A stretch of 64,000 bases of DNA from Chloroflexota bacterium (lineage in GTDB: Bacteria > Chloroflexota > Anaerolineae > Anaerolineales > Villigracilaceae), in assembly GCA_026390035.1 (NCBI GenBank), contig JAPLGT010000035.1, forward strand, positions 3,330-67,329, given 5' to 3'. This document shows, in pieces, positions 29,223 through 37,434 of the stretch (position 1 is its first letter; the number at the start of each line of letters is the position of its first letter). The notes under the pieces were generated by a model. The model saw nothing but the letters and a program-made list of their open reading frames with translations. It did no database searches and was not told the origin of the DNA. The position numbers were made by a program, and so were the translations under genes.

Positions 29223-31094
29223 TTATTCAAATGTTGTGATTTGAATGATCTTCCGAGATAGGTCAGTATAACTGCCGCATGCACGAATAATTTTCCCAGA
29301 TACTCCCAATATTTCTGGTGGAGCCAAAAGCCAAACATCTTCATTTTTTGCAAAATTGATTGTCGATGTAAATATTGTAGGGGGGACAATTGCGTGGCGC
29401 AGATCATTGATAAAAATGGTGTAATCTCCAGGAAAATTCTTCAAACTCCTTCTCACATCTTTGTCTGGCACAATGGGAAAATCTGTCGTTTGCCTAATTT
29501 CATTTTTCACTATCATAAGATACGAACCAGTTGGGGCATAAAAAGCAACCGGAACAAGTCCTTCTGGACAGGTTATTGCTTGAAAAACTGGTTTTCTATT
29601 ATTAGCCTTTATCAAAACCACGCTCAAAGACATGACAATCATTAGCGAGCCAAAGAGTACCGCGCTGGTACCATTTGTTAATAACATGTTTTTCTGGCTG
29701 GGCAAAAGAATCGGTTTTTTGGCAATAACACCCACGCCAAATGCGGCAAACAAACACGGGATAACAATTGTAACTGCGTAAAGACGCATCCCAGTTGCAT
29801 CACCTGGAGGTACAAATGGAATCGAAAGAAAAATTCCCACAGCGAAAGCCAGCATAAGTGCGCAAACCAAACTAGATCTTTCTAACCAGCACTTTGTTAA
29901 ACCGATAACCATGAGTATTAGAAAGCTAATTTGGAGAATTTGATCAAAAATATCATTACCGAAACGGATATACCCAAAGACCGAATTTAATCCGGGGAAA
30001 ATAAAGTCGCGATAAGATTTTAATATCCCCTTCATAAGTCCGATTGGATGATTGTAAATTTCAGCCAACGCAGCATTATAGGCAGCTGTAGGCAGATCAG
30101 CACTGGATTTCGATTCTTGGTTGGGGTAATCGATAAAGAATTGTTGCCACCCAGCGCCTCCTTTTGCCTGACCATATAGTGTATACGAAAAAATACCAAG
30201 TGGCATTGAATTAGGCCCCGATGAAAATTGACTCACCTTTAAATTTAACTGCCAAGTAGCTAATACAATAATAATTATCAGAATAGCATTTCGGAACATT
30301 CTTTGCCGATCTTCTGAAAACGTAAACAGTCCAAGTAAGATTATTGTAGGGATGATAAATAAGGCGCCTGGACGAACAAACATCGCAAATACTGAGAAGA
30401 ACAATCCTACACAAAAATACCTGAAATCTTTTGCTCGAAATGCAATCACCAAGGTAAGAAACGCTATCTCACCAGCTGCCATTCCCAACTGCTCCGACAT
30501 CGTTGAACCAGCAAACTGCCGATAGTATATTTGGAGTAGAAAAAGAGTAATTATTCCAACCAGCGGTCCGAAAATATTAGAGAGCTCCTTCGCTAACAAA
30601 AAAGCTGCAATTGCATTGATGATGACAAAAATGATTAAAACAATTTGCAAATTTTGCTGGGTAATAGCCAAAAGAACCGTTAGCAAACAACCAAATAAAG
30701 GTCTGTAACCTGAAAACGTTCCAAATAGACCACCATGCAACAATTCCAACGCATCCATATAATAATTTGAAGCATCAGACCAGGGAAGTATTCCTAAAAC
30801 AGTATTGAAATTGCTGACCACATTTCCCCATATTCTCAATAGCGGCAGATAAAAAATGCACATAGTCAGAAACAAGGACAAGAATTTCCATAGCCAGGAT
30901 GTCTTGGAAAAAGAAATATAAATTACCACGCAGGAAAATATTATTAAGAATTCGTCAATTATTTGGATTCCATTTCTTTCTATTTCCGGCAAGCGCGGCA
31001 GAAAAAATAATAAACCAAACATGGCAAATGAAAAAAAGAACCATGAACCTGATCGAACCCTGGTTATTATTTTCGACAAGATTACCTCCACCAA
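29223..31094 (-). CDS. Large polytopic membrane protein, GT-C-fold (ArnT/PMT-like) glycosyltransferase candidate
   Basis: 623-aa ORF, AT-rich by eye. It has more than 10 hydrophobic helices followed by a ~130-aa soluble C-terminal domain. The first-loop motif WSDASNYY...SGYRPLFG resembles the DxxxY/PPL region of GT39/GT83 enzymes. The start is uncertain: TTG 31094, TTG 31079 after GGAGG, or ATG 31022. Confidence 0.5.
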   Translation of the reverse strand: MVEVILSKIITRVRSGSWFFFSFAMFGLLFFLPRLPEIERNGIQIIDEFLIIFSCVVIYISFSKTSWLWKFLSLFLTMCIFYLPLLRIWGNVVSNFNTVLGILPWSDASNYYMDALELLHGGLFGTFSGYRPLFGCLLTVLLAITQQNLQIVLIIFVIINAIAAFLLAKELSNIFGPLVGIITLFLLQIYYRQFAGSTMSEQLGMAAGEIAFLTLVIAFRAKDFRYFCVGLFFSVFAMFVRPGALFIIPTIILLGLFTFSEDRQRMFRNAILIIIIVLATWQLNLKVSQFSSGPNSMPLGIFSYTLYGQAKGGAGWQQFFIDYPNQESKSSADLPTAAYNAALAEIYNHPIGLMKGILKSYRDFIFPGLNSVFGYIRFGNDIFDQILQISFLILMVIGLTKCWLERSSLVCALMLAFAVGIFLSIPFVPPGDATGMRLYAVTIVIPCLFAAFGVGVIAKKPILLPSQKNMLLTNGTSAVLFGSLMIVMSLSVVLIKANNRKPVFQAITCPEGLVPVAFYAPTGSYLMIVKNEIRQTTDFPIVPDKDVRRSLKNFPGDYTIFINDLRHAIVPPTIFTSTINFAKNEDVWLLAPPEILGVSGKIIRACGSYTDLSRKIIQITTFE

Positions 31095-31649
31095 TTCAGC
31101 GCAGCAAGAAACGCAGGTACCATTTTAACCTCTTTGATATAACGCCAACCCACACGAGCCAAAAAATTTATCTATCCTGTTCTATTTCAAACATCACAAA
31201 TTGTTACCCCTGAAATATCCAGAAGAAAAAAATCAATGCTTGTTAATTCAGTGCAAACCGGTCCACAGCACGGTGGGCTAACGGTTGTCCGATTGGCGCG
31301 TACATTATACATCTTCCTATTGGATAAATTCCTTCGTACCCAATTATCCAATTATCGCACAAGTTACAGAGATATACAAAAATTCTCAGTTACGCAAGAT
31401 GTCCCGTACAGGTATCAATTCTATCAGTGATATATGCCCAAATTTTGAATCTTTTATTAAAACAAGCTACTTATCCCTTTCAGTCTGTTTCCCGAGACTG
31501 TCTTATATATTTTCATATTTGGATACCAGCTTTAATTCACATCTAGGAAAACCTAAAAAATGGTATTTCAAATATAAAGAGCCCGACTTTATTGTATCCA
31601 AAACCTTAATATCGCACGGCACCATTCTTACATATTTTGTGGTATCATA

Positions 31650-31679
31650 TTGACAACGTATGGTATCGATACCATACGT
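31650..31679 (+). promoter_or_regulatory. TTGACA -35 box followed by a perfect 24-bp palindrome (LacI-type operator)
   Basis: TTGACA is at 31650-31655. ACGTATGGTATC|GATACCATACGT at 31656-31679 is its own reverse complement. The core ATGGTATCGATACCAT (31660-31675) fits TGnnAnCGnTnnCA. The site is 24 nt upstream of the LacI-family ATG. Confidence 0.65.
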
Positions 31680-31702
31680 CCAAAGACACAAGCGAGCACC
31701 CA

Positions 31703-32737
31703 ATGACAACCATCCATGATGTGGCCAAACGAGCCGGAGTTGCCTCAATCACTGCTTCACGGGTGATCAACAATTCCGGCTATGCCAGCGAAGCTGTGCG
31801 CAAACGCGTGCAGGATGCTGCCAGAGAAATGGGATATGTACCCAACCGCCTGGCCAGCAGCTTGCGCTCACGGCGCACGAATGTGCTGGCGCTGGTACTG
31901 ACCGATATCACCAATCCTTTTTTTACGGTAGCAGCTCGCGGCGTGGAAGATGTTGCCAACCAGGCAGGTTACACTGTAATTTTCTGTAATACAGATGAAG
32001 ACAAAACCAAAGAACAGAAATATGTCGAGATATTAATGCAAAATCGGGTCGATGGGGTCATCCTGGTACCAAGCGATTCTGATTCTGGATCAGTTGAGAC
32101 TTTGCAACAAAACGGCGTTCCCGTGGTGGTCATCGACCGGCACGTACCGAGCAAAACTGTCGACCAGGTACGTTGCGATTCGATCGGCGGCGCCCACGAT
32201 CTGACCCGGCTCTTAACCTCGCTCGGACACCAGCACATCGCACTCTTGAACGGACCGCAAAATGTATCCACCGCAGCTGACCGCCTGACCGGGTTTCAAC
32301 TGGCAATGCAGGAGGCTGGCAACCCGGCCCGGGCAAATCAAGTGATCATCTCTGGATCTTTCAACCGTGCCAGCGGCTATGAGATGGCCCGACAGGTGCT
32401 TTCGATGTCACCTCGCCCAACCGCCCTGCTGGCAGGTAACAACTTCATTGCCTTGGGCGCTTTGCAGGCCCTGGAAGAAGCCCGCGTGCGCGTGCCGGAA
32501 GACATGGCCGTGGTGGCCTTTGACGACCTGCCGGAATCCCTGGTAGTTTCGCCCTTTTTGACAGCCGCTGCCCAGCCCGTCTATGAAATGGCGACCAGGG
32601 CCACTGAAATTTTGATTCGACGCCTGGGAAACAACACTGAAAAAGAGTTTAGCGAAGTCATTTTCCCCACCCGGCTTATATTACGAAAATCGAGCGGCGC
32701 AGCCATCCATCCTGAGACTTCTTCGCTGCCCAGCTGA
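31703..32737 (+). CDS. LacI-family transcriptional regulator
   Basis: The ATG at 31703 opens MTTIHDVAKRAGVASITASRVINNSGYASEAVRKRVQDAAREMGYVPNRLASSLRS, a canonical LacI HTH plus hinge. A PBP-I effector domain follows. Confidence 0.92.
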   Translation: MTTIHDVAKRAGVASITASRVINNSGYASEAVRKRVQDAAREMGYVPNRLASSLRSRRTNVLALVLTDITNPFFTVAARGVEDVANQAGYTVIFCNTDEDKTKEQKYVEILMQNRVDGVILVPSDSDSGSVETLQQNGVPVVVIDRHVPSKTVDQVRCDSIGGAHDLTRLLTSLGHQHIALLNGPQNVSTAADRLTGFQLAMQEAGNPARANQVIISGSFNRASGYEMARQVLSMSPRPTALLAGNNFIALGALQALEEARVRVPEDMAVVAFDDLPESLVVSPFLTAAAQPVYEMATRATEILIRRLGNNTEKEFSEVIFPTRLILRKSSGAAIHPETSSLPS

Positions 32738-32779
32738 CCCGTCACACAACCAGAAACACAAATCAAGGAGACTATAAAA

Positions 32780-33823
32780 ATGACAAACATGATTGCAGCA
32801 ACCGATCCCAACCTCAAAAAAGACGACCTGATCGTAATAACCGGTGCAGGCGGCTTTATTGGAGGTTCGCTAGTGCGCTACTTCCAGGAACAGGGCTTTA
32901 CCAATTTGCGCGCCGTGGATAAAAAACCACTGCCCACATGGTACCAGCGTGTACCAGGTGTGGAATGCCTGAGCATGGACTTGAGCCAGGAAGAAAACTG
33001 CATCCGCGCCGTGGAGGGCGCAAAAGAAGTTTACAACCTGGCAGCGGATATGGGCGGCATGGGCTTTATTGAGCGCTTTCGCGTCGAATGCATGCGCAGT
33101 ATTCTGATCAACACCCACATGCTCGAATCGGCCTACCGGGCCGGGGTGGAACGCTATTTCTTCTCGTCATCCGCCTGTGCCTATAATATCTCGCTGCAAC
33201 AAGACCCCAACGTGAGCGCGCTCAAAGAAAGCGATGCCTACCCGGCCAATGCCGAGCGTGGTTACGGTTGGGAAAAATTAATGTCTGAAATGTTCTGCCA
33301 GGAATATACATCCGAGCGCGGCATGAAAACCTTCATTGCGCGCTTCCACAACGTCTACGGGCCCAACGGCACCTGGGACGGCGGACGTGAAAAAGCCCCT
33401 GCAGCTATCAGCCGCAAAGTTATTACCGCCAAACAAAGCGGCAAACATGAAATCATGATCTGGGGCGACGGCAGCCAGACCCGCAGTTATATGTTTATAG
33501 AAGACTGCGTACGCGGAATCGACATGATTACGCACTGCGACGCACTGACAGCCACCCCCATCAACCTGGGCTCGAGTGAACTAGTATCGGTTAACGAATT
33601 GGTCAGTATCGCAGAGCAGATCGCCGGCGTAAAACTGGAACGCAAGTATGATCTCACCGCGCCACGCGGGGTAGCCGGGCGCAACAGCGACAACACCTTC
33701 ATCCAAAAAATGCTAAACTGGGAACCATCCACATCTTTCCGCGCCGGACTGGCAAAGACCTACGCCTGGATTGAACAGCAATATATCGACCGACAGGCCG
33801 GCAAGCGGGTCGTCACCGAATAA
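32780..33823 (+). CDS. GDP-mannose 3,5-epimerase (GME)-like extended SDR
   Basis: AAGGAG serves as RBS. Blocks ITGAGGFIG, NLAADMGGMGFI, SSACAY, ESDAYPA, YGWEK, FHNVYGPNGTWDGGREKAPAA, WGDGSQTRS and GVAGRNSDN are nearly co-linear with the plant GME blocks I recall (NLAADMGGMGFI, GTWKGGREKAPAA, GVRGRNSDN). Confidence 0.85.
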   Translation: MTNMIAATDPNLKKDDLIVITGAGGFIGGSLVRYFQEQGFTNLRAVDKKPLPTWYQRVPGVECLSMDLSQEENCIRAVEGAKEVYNLAADMGGMGFIERFRVECMRSILINTHMLESAYRAGVERYFFSSSACAYNISLQQDPNVSALKESDAYPANAERGYGWEKLMSEMFCQEYTSERGMKTFIARFHNVYGPNGTWDGGREKAPAAISRKVITAKQSGKHEIMIWGDGSQTRSYMFIEDCVRGIDMITHCDALTATPINLGSSELVSVNELVSIAEQIAGVKLERKYDLTAPRGVAGRNSDNTFIQKMLNWEPSTSFRAGLAKTYAWIEQQYIDRQAGKRVVTE

Positions 33824-34691
33824 ATCCGCCTGGCAGATCTCTGCCAGGCTACAAGACCCATGCCACCTGGATGTTTTTCACCCAGGTGGCGCAAGATGGA
33901 ACGCCAAAATTGTCGATATCACCCAGATCATCAACAAAATTCCGTACCGGCTCGCGCTTTCAGGCGGTTGGATTGATCAACCATTCGTATCTCGAAACAA
34001 CCCTAGCCCACCCGGCTCAATGGTCGTGGTAGGCGTGCAGCCCGATTTTCGCTTCATGGATCGCTGTGGGATGGGCACCAGCACACGCCAGGTAGCTGCC
34101 CGGCTTTGGAATGGAACACTGCCGCAACGCGACCCCGCCGAAATGGTCCAGGAGTTATATGCTGCCGAAAATGAAGGCCTGGCCGAGCCATCCGGCTCTC
34201 AAGACATGGCCGGATTGATTTATCCCGGTGTCAACCGCCTGGATTACGACCACAATTATTCTGGCGGAATTTTTCCTGTTCGGATCGAATCGAATACAGA
34301 CTCACAGACCGCCGCCTGGTTGGAAAACGTCATGCACATCTTACCTGTTGCGCCACGCCCGGCAGGATACAACCCCTTTGGCAATGAAAACCTGGCCCCA
34401 GAATGGGTTCAACGCCTGGGCCAGAGCGGGAAGGCTTGCTACACAGCCATTGAACAACGTGACAGCAGCGCCTTGGGCGAAGCCATGAATGAATGCATGC
34501 GCTGCTGGGAAGCCATCCTACCGCGAACCGTGCGCCATCCTTTACTGACCCTTGACCTGATGGAACTGCTGGCGTTTTATCAACACCGTTACGCCGGAGC
34601 CATGTATTCAGGCTGTGGTGGTGGATATCTTTACATCGTTTCAGAACAACCCGTACCCGGATCCTTCCAGATCAGGGTACGTTTGGAGTAA
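33771..34691 (+). CDS. Stand-alone fucokinase-like GHMP kinase-domain protein (start uncertain)
   Basis: RLALSGGWIDQPF, CGMGTST, SGSQDM and YSGCGGGYLYIV parallel the kinase half of the 27893 gene. The only canonical in-frame start is TTG 33771, which overlaps the GME gene by 53 nt. Confidence 0.7.
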   Translation: MNSNISTDRPASGSSPNKSAWQISARLQDPCHLDVFHPGGARWNAKIVDITQIINKIPYRLALSGGWIDQPFVSRNNPSPPGSMVVVGVQPDFRFMDRCGMGTSTRQVAARLWNGTLPQRDPAEMVQELYAAENEGLAEPSGSQDMAGLIYPGVNRLDYDHNYSGGIFPVRIESNTDSQTAAWLENVMHILPVAPRPAGYNPFGNENLAPEWVQRLGQSGKACYTAIEQRDSSALGEAMNECMRCWEAILPRTVRHPLLTLDLMELLAFYQHRYAGAMYSGCGGGYLYIVSEQPVPGSFQIRVRLE

Positions 34692-34692
34692 T

Positions 34693-35781
34693 ATGCCCGA
34701 CACTGGAAGCCCGTTTTCATCCGAAAGTCAGTTCCGCGCCAGGTATCGAGACAAATTATCCGCCATGCTGCGAGCCAACACTACCGCCCACGATTTTGGG
34801 CTGAGCACGTTTGTCCTGGTGTGCGCCAATGCCTATTTTGACCGCGATATTCTGAACGAGCTGGACAATGACCTGCGACGGGCCTTTATCAACATCCGCG
34901 AGAAATACTTTCGGCTTTTTGCAGAAGGACAGATCCTGGATGAGCGCCATGCCGAAGATCTACTGGTGTTTTTGAAAATTGCGCTGGTTGGGCTGGAACA
35001 ACTGCGAGTAACAGAACACCGGCCCCTGGGTGAATGGACGCTCCAGTTTAACCACATTCGCTCATTCAGACCACAGAGAACCGCAGCCAGGTCGGTGCCA
35101 TCCATCGATATCCCTTTTAACGAAAATTCCTTTCACTACGACGCGGCACTGTGCGAGCGGGAAAGCTTCTGGTCTGGCAGCCTGGCAGGCAAAAACGTTT
35201 CCTTGCTGTATAACAAATACCCTTTCGCTCGCCTACACGCACTTCTAATTCCGGAACCAGAAAGAAAACAACGGCAATTCCTGGATCGCGAAAACCATGA
35301 CTGGGCCTGGAATGCGGCTCAATCTCTGGCGCAAGACCTGCCAGGATTTGGCCTGGGTTATAACTCGTTGGGAACCTTCGCTTCAGTGAATCACCTGCAC
35401 TTTCAAACCTTTATCGAACCAAACGGCATGCCTGTCATGCAAAACAGCTGGAAACACAATGGTGGCAGCCAGGAATACCCGCTGCCATGCATTGTATTTG
35501 ACTCAGTAGAAGCTTCGTGGAAATGGATGGAAAGGATCTACACCCAAAACAGCACTTCCTTTAATTTGCTATACACACCCGGGAAGATCTTTTGCTTCGA
35601 GCGTAAACGCCAGGGCACCTACCGGCATGCGCGCTGGACAAGCGGTTTTGCATGGTATGAACTGGCCGGGAACATCATCACCTTCAGCCGTGAAGACTAC
35701 AGCGCCCTGACACCCGACCGGATCGAAAAAGAGTTTAAAAAACTAAAAATCCAGCAGAAACAGAAGAACTCGGATGCCTAA
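34693..35781 (+). CDS. GDP-L-galactose / GDP-hexose phosphorylase-like HIT protein (VTC2/GDPGP1 family, HxHxQ)
   Basis: The ATG at 34693 comes 2 nt after the upstream stop, with GGAG upstream. LGYNSLGTFASVNHLHFQTF compares with Arabidopsis VTC2 LGYNSLGAFATINHLHFQAYY (from memory). Co-linear blocks also occur at HALLIPE, FNLLYTPGKIF and WYELAGNIITFSREDY. Confidence 0.8.
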   Translation: MPDTGSPFSSESQFRARYRDKLSAMLRANTTAHDFGLSTFVLVCANAYFDRDILNELDNDLRRAFINIREKYFRLFAEGQILDERHAEDLLVFLKIALVGLEQLRVTEHRPLGEWTLQFNHIRSFRPQRTAARSVPSIDIPFNENSFHYDAALCERESFWSGSLAGKNVSLLYNKYPFARLHALLIPEPERKQRQFLDRENHDWAWNAAQSLAQDLPGFGLGYNSLGTFASVNHLHFQTFIEPNGMPVMQNSWKHNGGSQEYPLPCIVFDSVEASWKWMERIYTQNSTSFNLLYTPGKIFCFERKRQGTYRHARWTSGFAWYELAGNIITFSREDYSALTPDRIEKEFKKLKIQQKQKNSDA

Positions 35782-36871
35782 AAAAGCCTTCGTCAGCGGT
35801 TGTTTTGATTTGCTCCACAGTGGTCATGTGGCCTTCTTTGAAGAAGCCGCCCGCTATGGCGAGCTATATGTCGCGATTGGTTCTGATCGCAACGTCTTTG
35901 AACTCAAACGACGCCCCACCATCAACAGCGAAGCCGAACGCCTGTATATGATCAAATCTTTGGCGTATGTAAAGGATGTATTTGTAGCCAAAGGTTCAGG
36001 GGTTTTGGATTTTGTGCAGGAACTGGCTGTGATCAAGCCTGACTATTTTGTGGTCAACGAGGACGGAAGCACGCCAGCAAAGAAAAATCTGTGCGAGGAA
36101 TTGGGAATCGAGTACGTTATCTTAAAACGCGAACCCCACAGCGGTCTGGCTGCACGCTCAACCACCGCCCTGAGAGGCGCGAGCCTGATCCCCGATTACA
36201 TCGGGCTGGCAGGCGGCTGTCTGGACCTGCCGGAAATTTCAAGGCTTGCTCCCGGCCCAGCCATCACCATCTCGATCCAGCCACTCCCGGAGCATTCATC
36301 CAGCACACGCAGGGCCGCGATCGAATTATGGGATGCGCGCCTGCCGGCGGACAAGCCCGAAAAGCTGGCCAAAGTTCTTTTTGGATATACAAACCTGCCT
36401 GGCACTGCTGAAATCCGCGGCTCAAAAGCCGCGCTCGGCATCTGCTTACCAGGCGTATCCAGGACAGATTACAGCGGACAATACTGGCCGGAACGTTTAA
36501 CCAATCAGCAAGATGAAGCTATCCTGAAATTCATCGAAGACTCGCTTATCGTGATTCCGTTTGATTTACAAACGACCTCATCGTACCCACACAAAATGAC
36601 TGCCCGTGCAACAGAAGCCCACTGCCGAGCCGCTGAAGCCTGCTGGCAGGCCATCCTAAAGCAGGATAAGCTGGCTTTTGGGCAGAGCCTGACGGCAAGT
36701 TTTGAATCCCAAACCGCCATGCTCCCACCAGACAAAACCACCCAGGAACTGATCGCCACCTATCGGGAACAGGTCCTGGGATGGAATATCTGCGACCTGG
36801 GACTGTTACTTGTGACTGACAAACCGTTGGAAAACGCCACCCGCATCAGCCTACGGCATGCGAACGATTAA
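35774..36871 (+). CDS. Cytidylyltransferase-fold nucleotidyltransferase fused to a degenerate (pseudo-)GHMP kinase domain
   Basis: The start overlaps the upstream stop (ATGCCTAA). The N-terminus [18 protein letters not shown] is intact. The kinase motifs are eroded relative to the 27893 paralog: [30 protein letters not shown]. Confidence 0.75.
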   Translation: [365 protein letters not shown]

Positions 36872-37290
36872 AGCCGCTGATTAAATTCGACCTTCTCGCC
36901 ATCTGGGCCACGGACAGTGAAAAACCTGACCCCTTTCGACCAGAAAGGCAGAAACACCGGGGCATCCGGCTCAAGGATCTCAAAACCAGCAGCCTTGAGC
37001 TCGGTAAAAGCGCCATCAATATCCAGGACGTCCAGGGCAATATGATCAATATGGCCATCCTGGCGCGAGGCCACTTCATCACGCCGCGCACCCGGCAGCT
37101 GGTACAGCTCAATCGTCAGGCCAGCCTTCTCCAACATCGCCACAAACACCGTACCATCCGCCTCGGCCAGATCGGTACGCAGTGCAGTCACAAAACCAAG
37201 CTGCGCATAAAAAGCCTGGGAACGCTGTAAATCCGTGACCGGCAGACCCAAATGCTGCAGCCCCTGCAAATTACCCTGTAAATATGGCAT
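36868..37290 (-). CDS. VOC-family (glyoxalase/bleomycin-resistance/dioxygenase fold) protein
   Basis: The ATG at 37290 follows AAGGAG. LQHLGLPVTDLQRSQAFY...IELYQ...HIALDV...FTVRGPDGEKVEF is typical of the VOC fold. The stop overlaps the convergent upstream gene (TTAA). Confidence 0.8.
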   Translation of the reverse strand: MPYLQGNLQGLQHLGLPVTDLQRSQAFYAQLGFVTALRTDLAEADGTVFVAMLEKAGLTIELYQLPGARRDEVASRQDGHIDHIALDVLDIDGAFTELKAAGFEILEPDAPVFLPFWSKGVRFFTVRGPDGEKVEFNQRL

Positions 37291-37434
37291 GTTAAATACT
37301 CCTTTCAGTGAAGTATAGCAAAAGGTTGTGTTTTTAGGGTGGAATATCCAGGAATATCCAGCACACAAAAATACATGGCATTTCTGAAATCCATGGCTCG
37401 CTTATGAACAATAACTACCCATAAGCTCCGCAAC

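Noticed and set aside
31285-31653. 122-aa plus-strand ORF in the AT-rich spacer upstream of the LacI gene, plus neighbouring small ORFs (30899..31213, 31236..31430).
   Set aside because: AT-rich DNA gives random open frames. There is no RBS or recognisable motif, and the sequence is low-complexity and rich in Ser, Tyr, Ile, Phe and Asn. It is left unannotated but not strictly excluded.
37341-37360. Perfect tandem duplication ggaatatcca ggaatatcca, ~50-70 nt upstream of the VOC gene start and next to the IS630 element.
   Set aside because: It could be a direct-repeat operator or an insertion scar. With only two copies and no second occurrence in the window, I cannot support any function.
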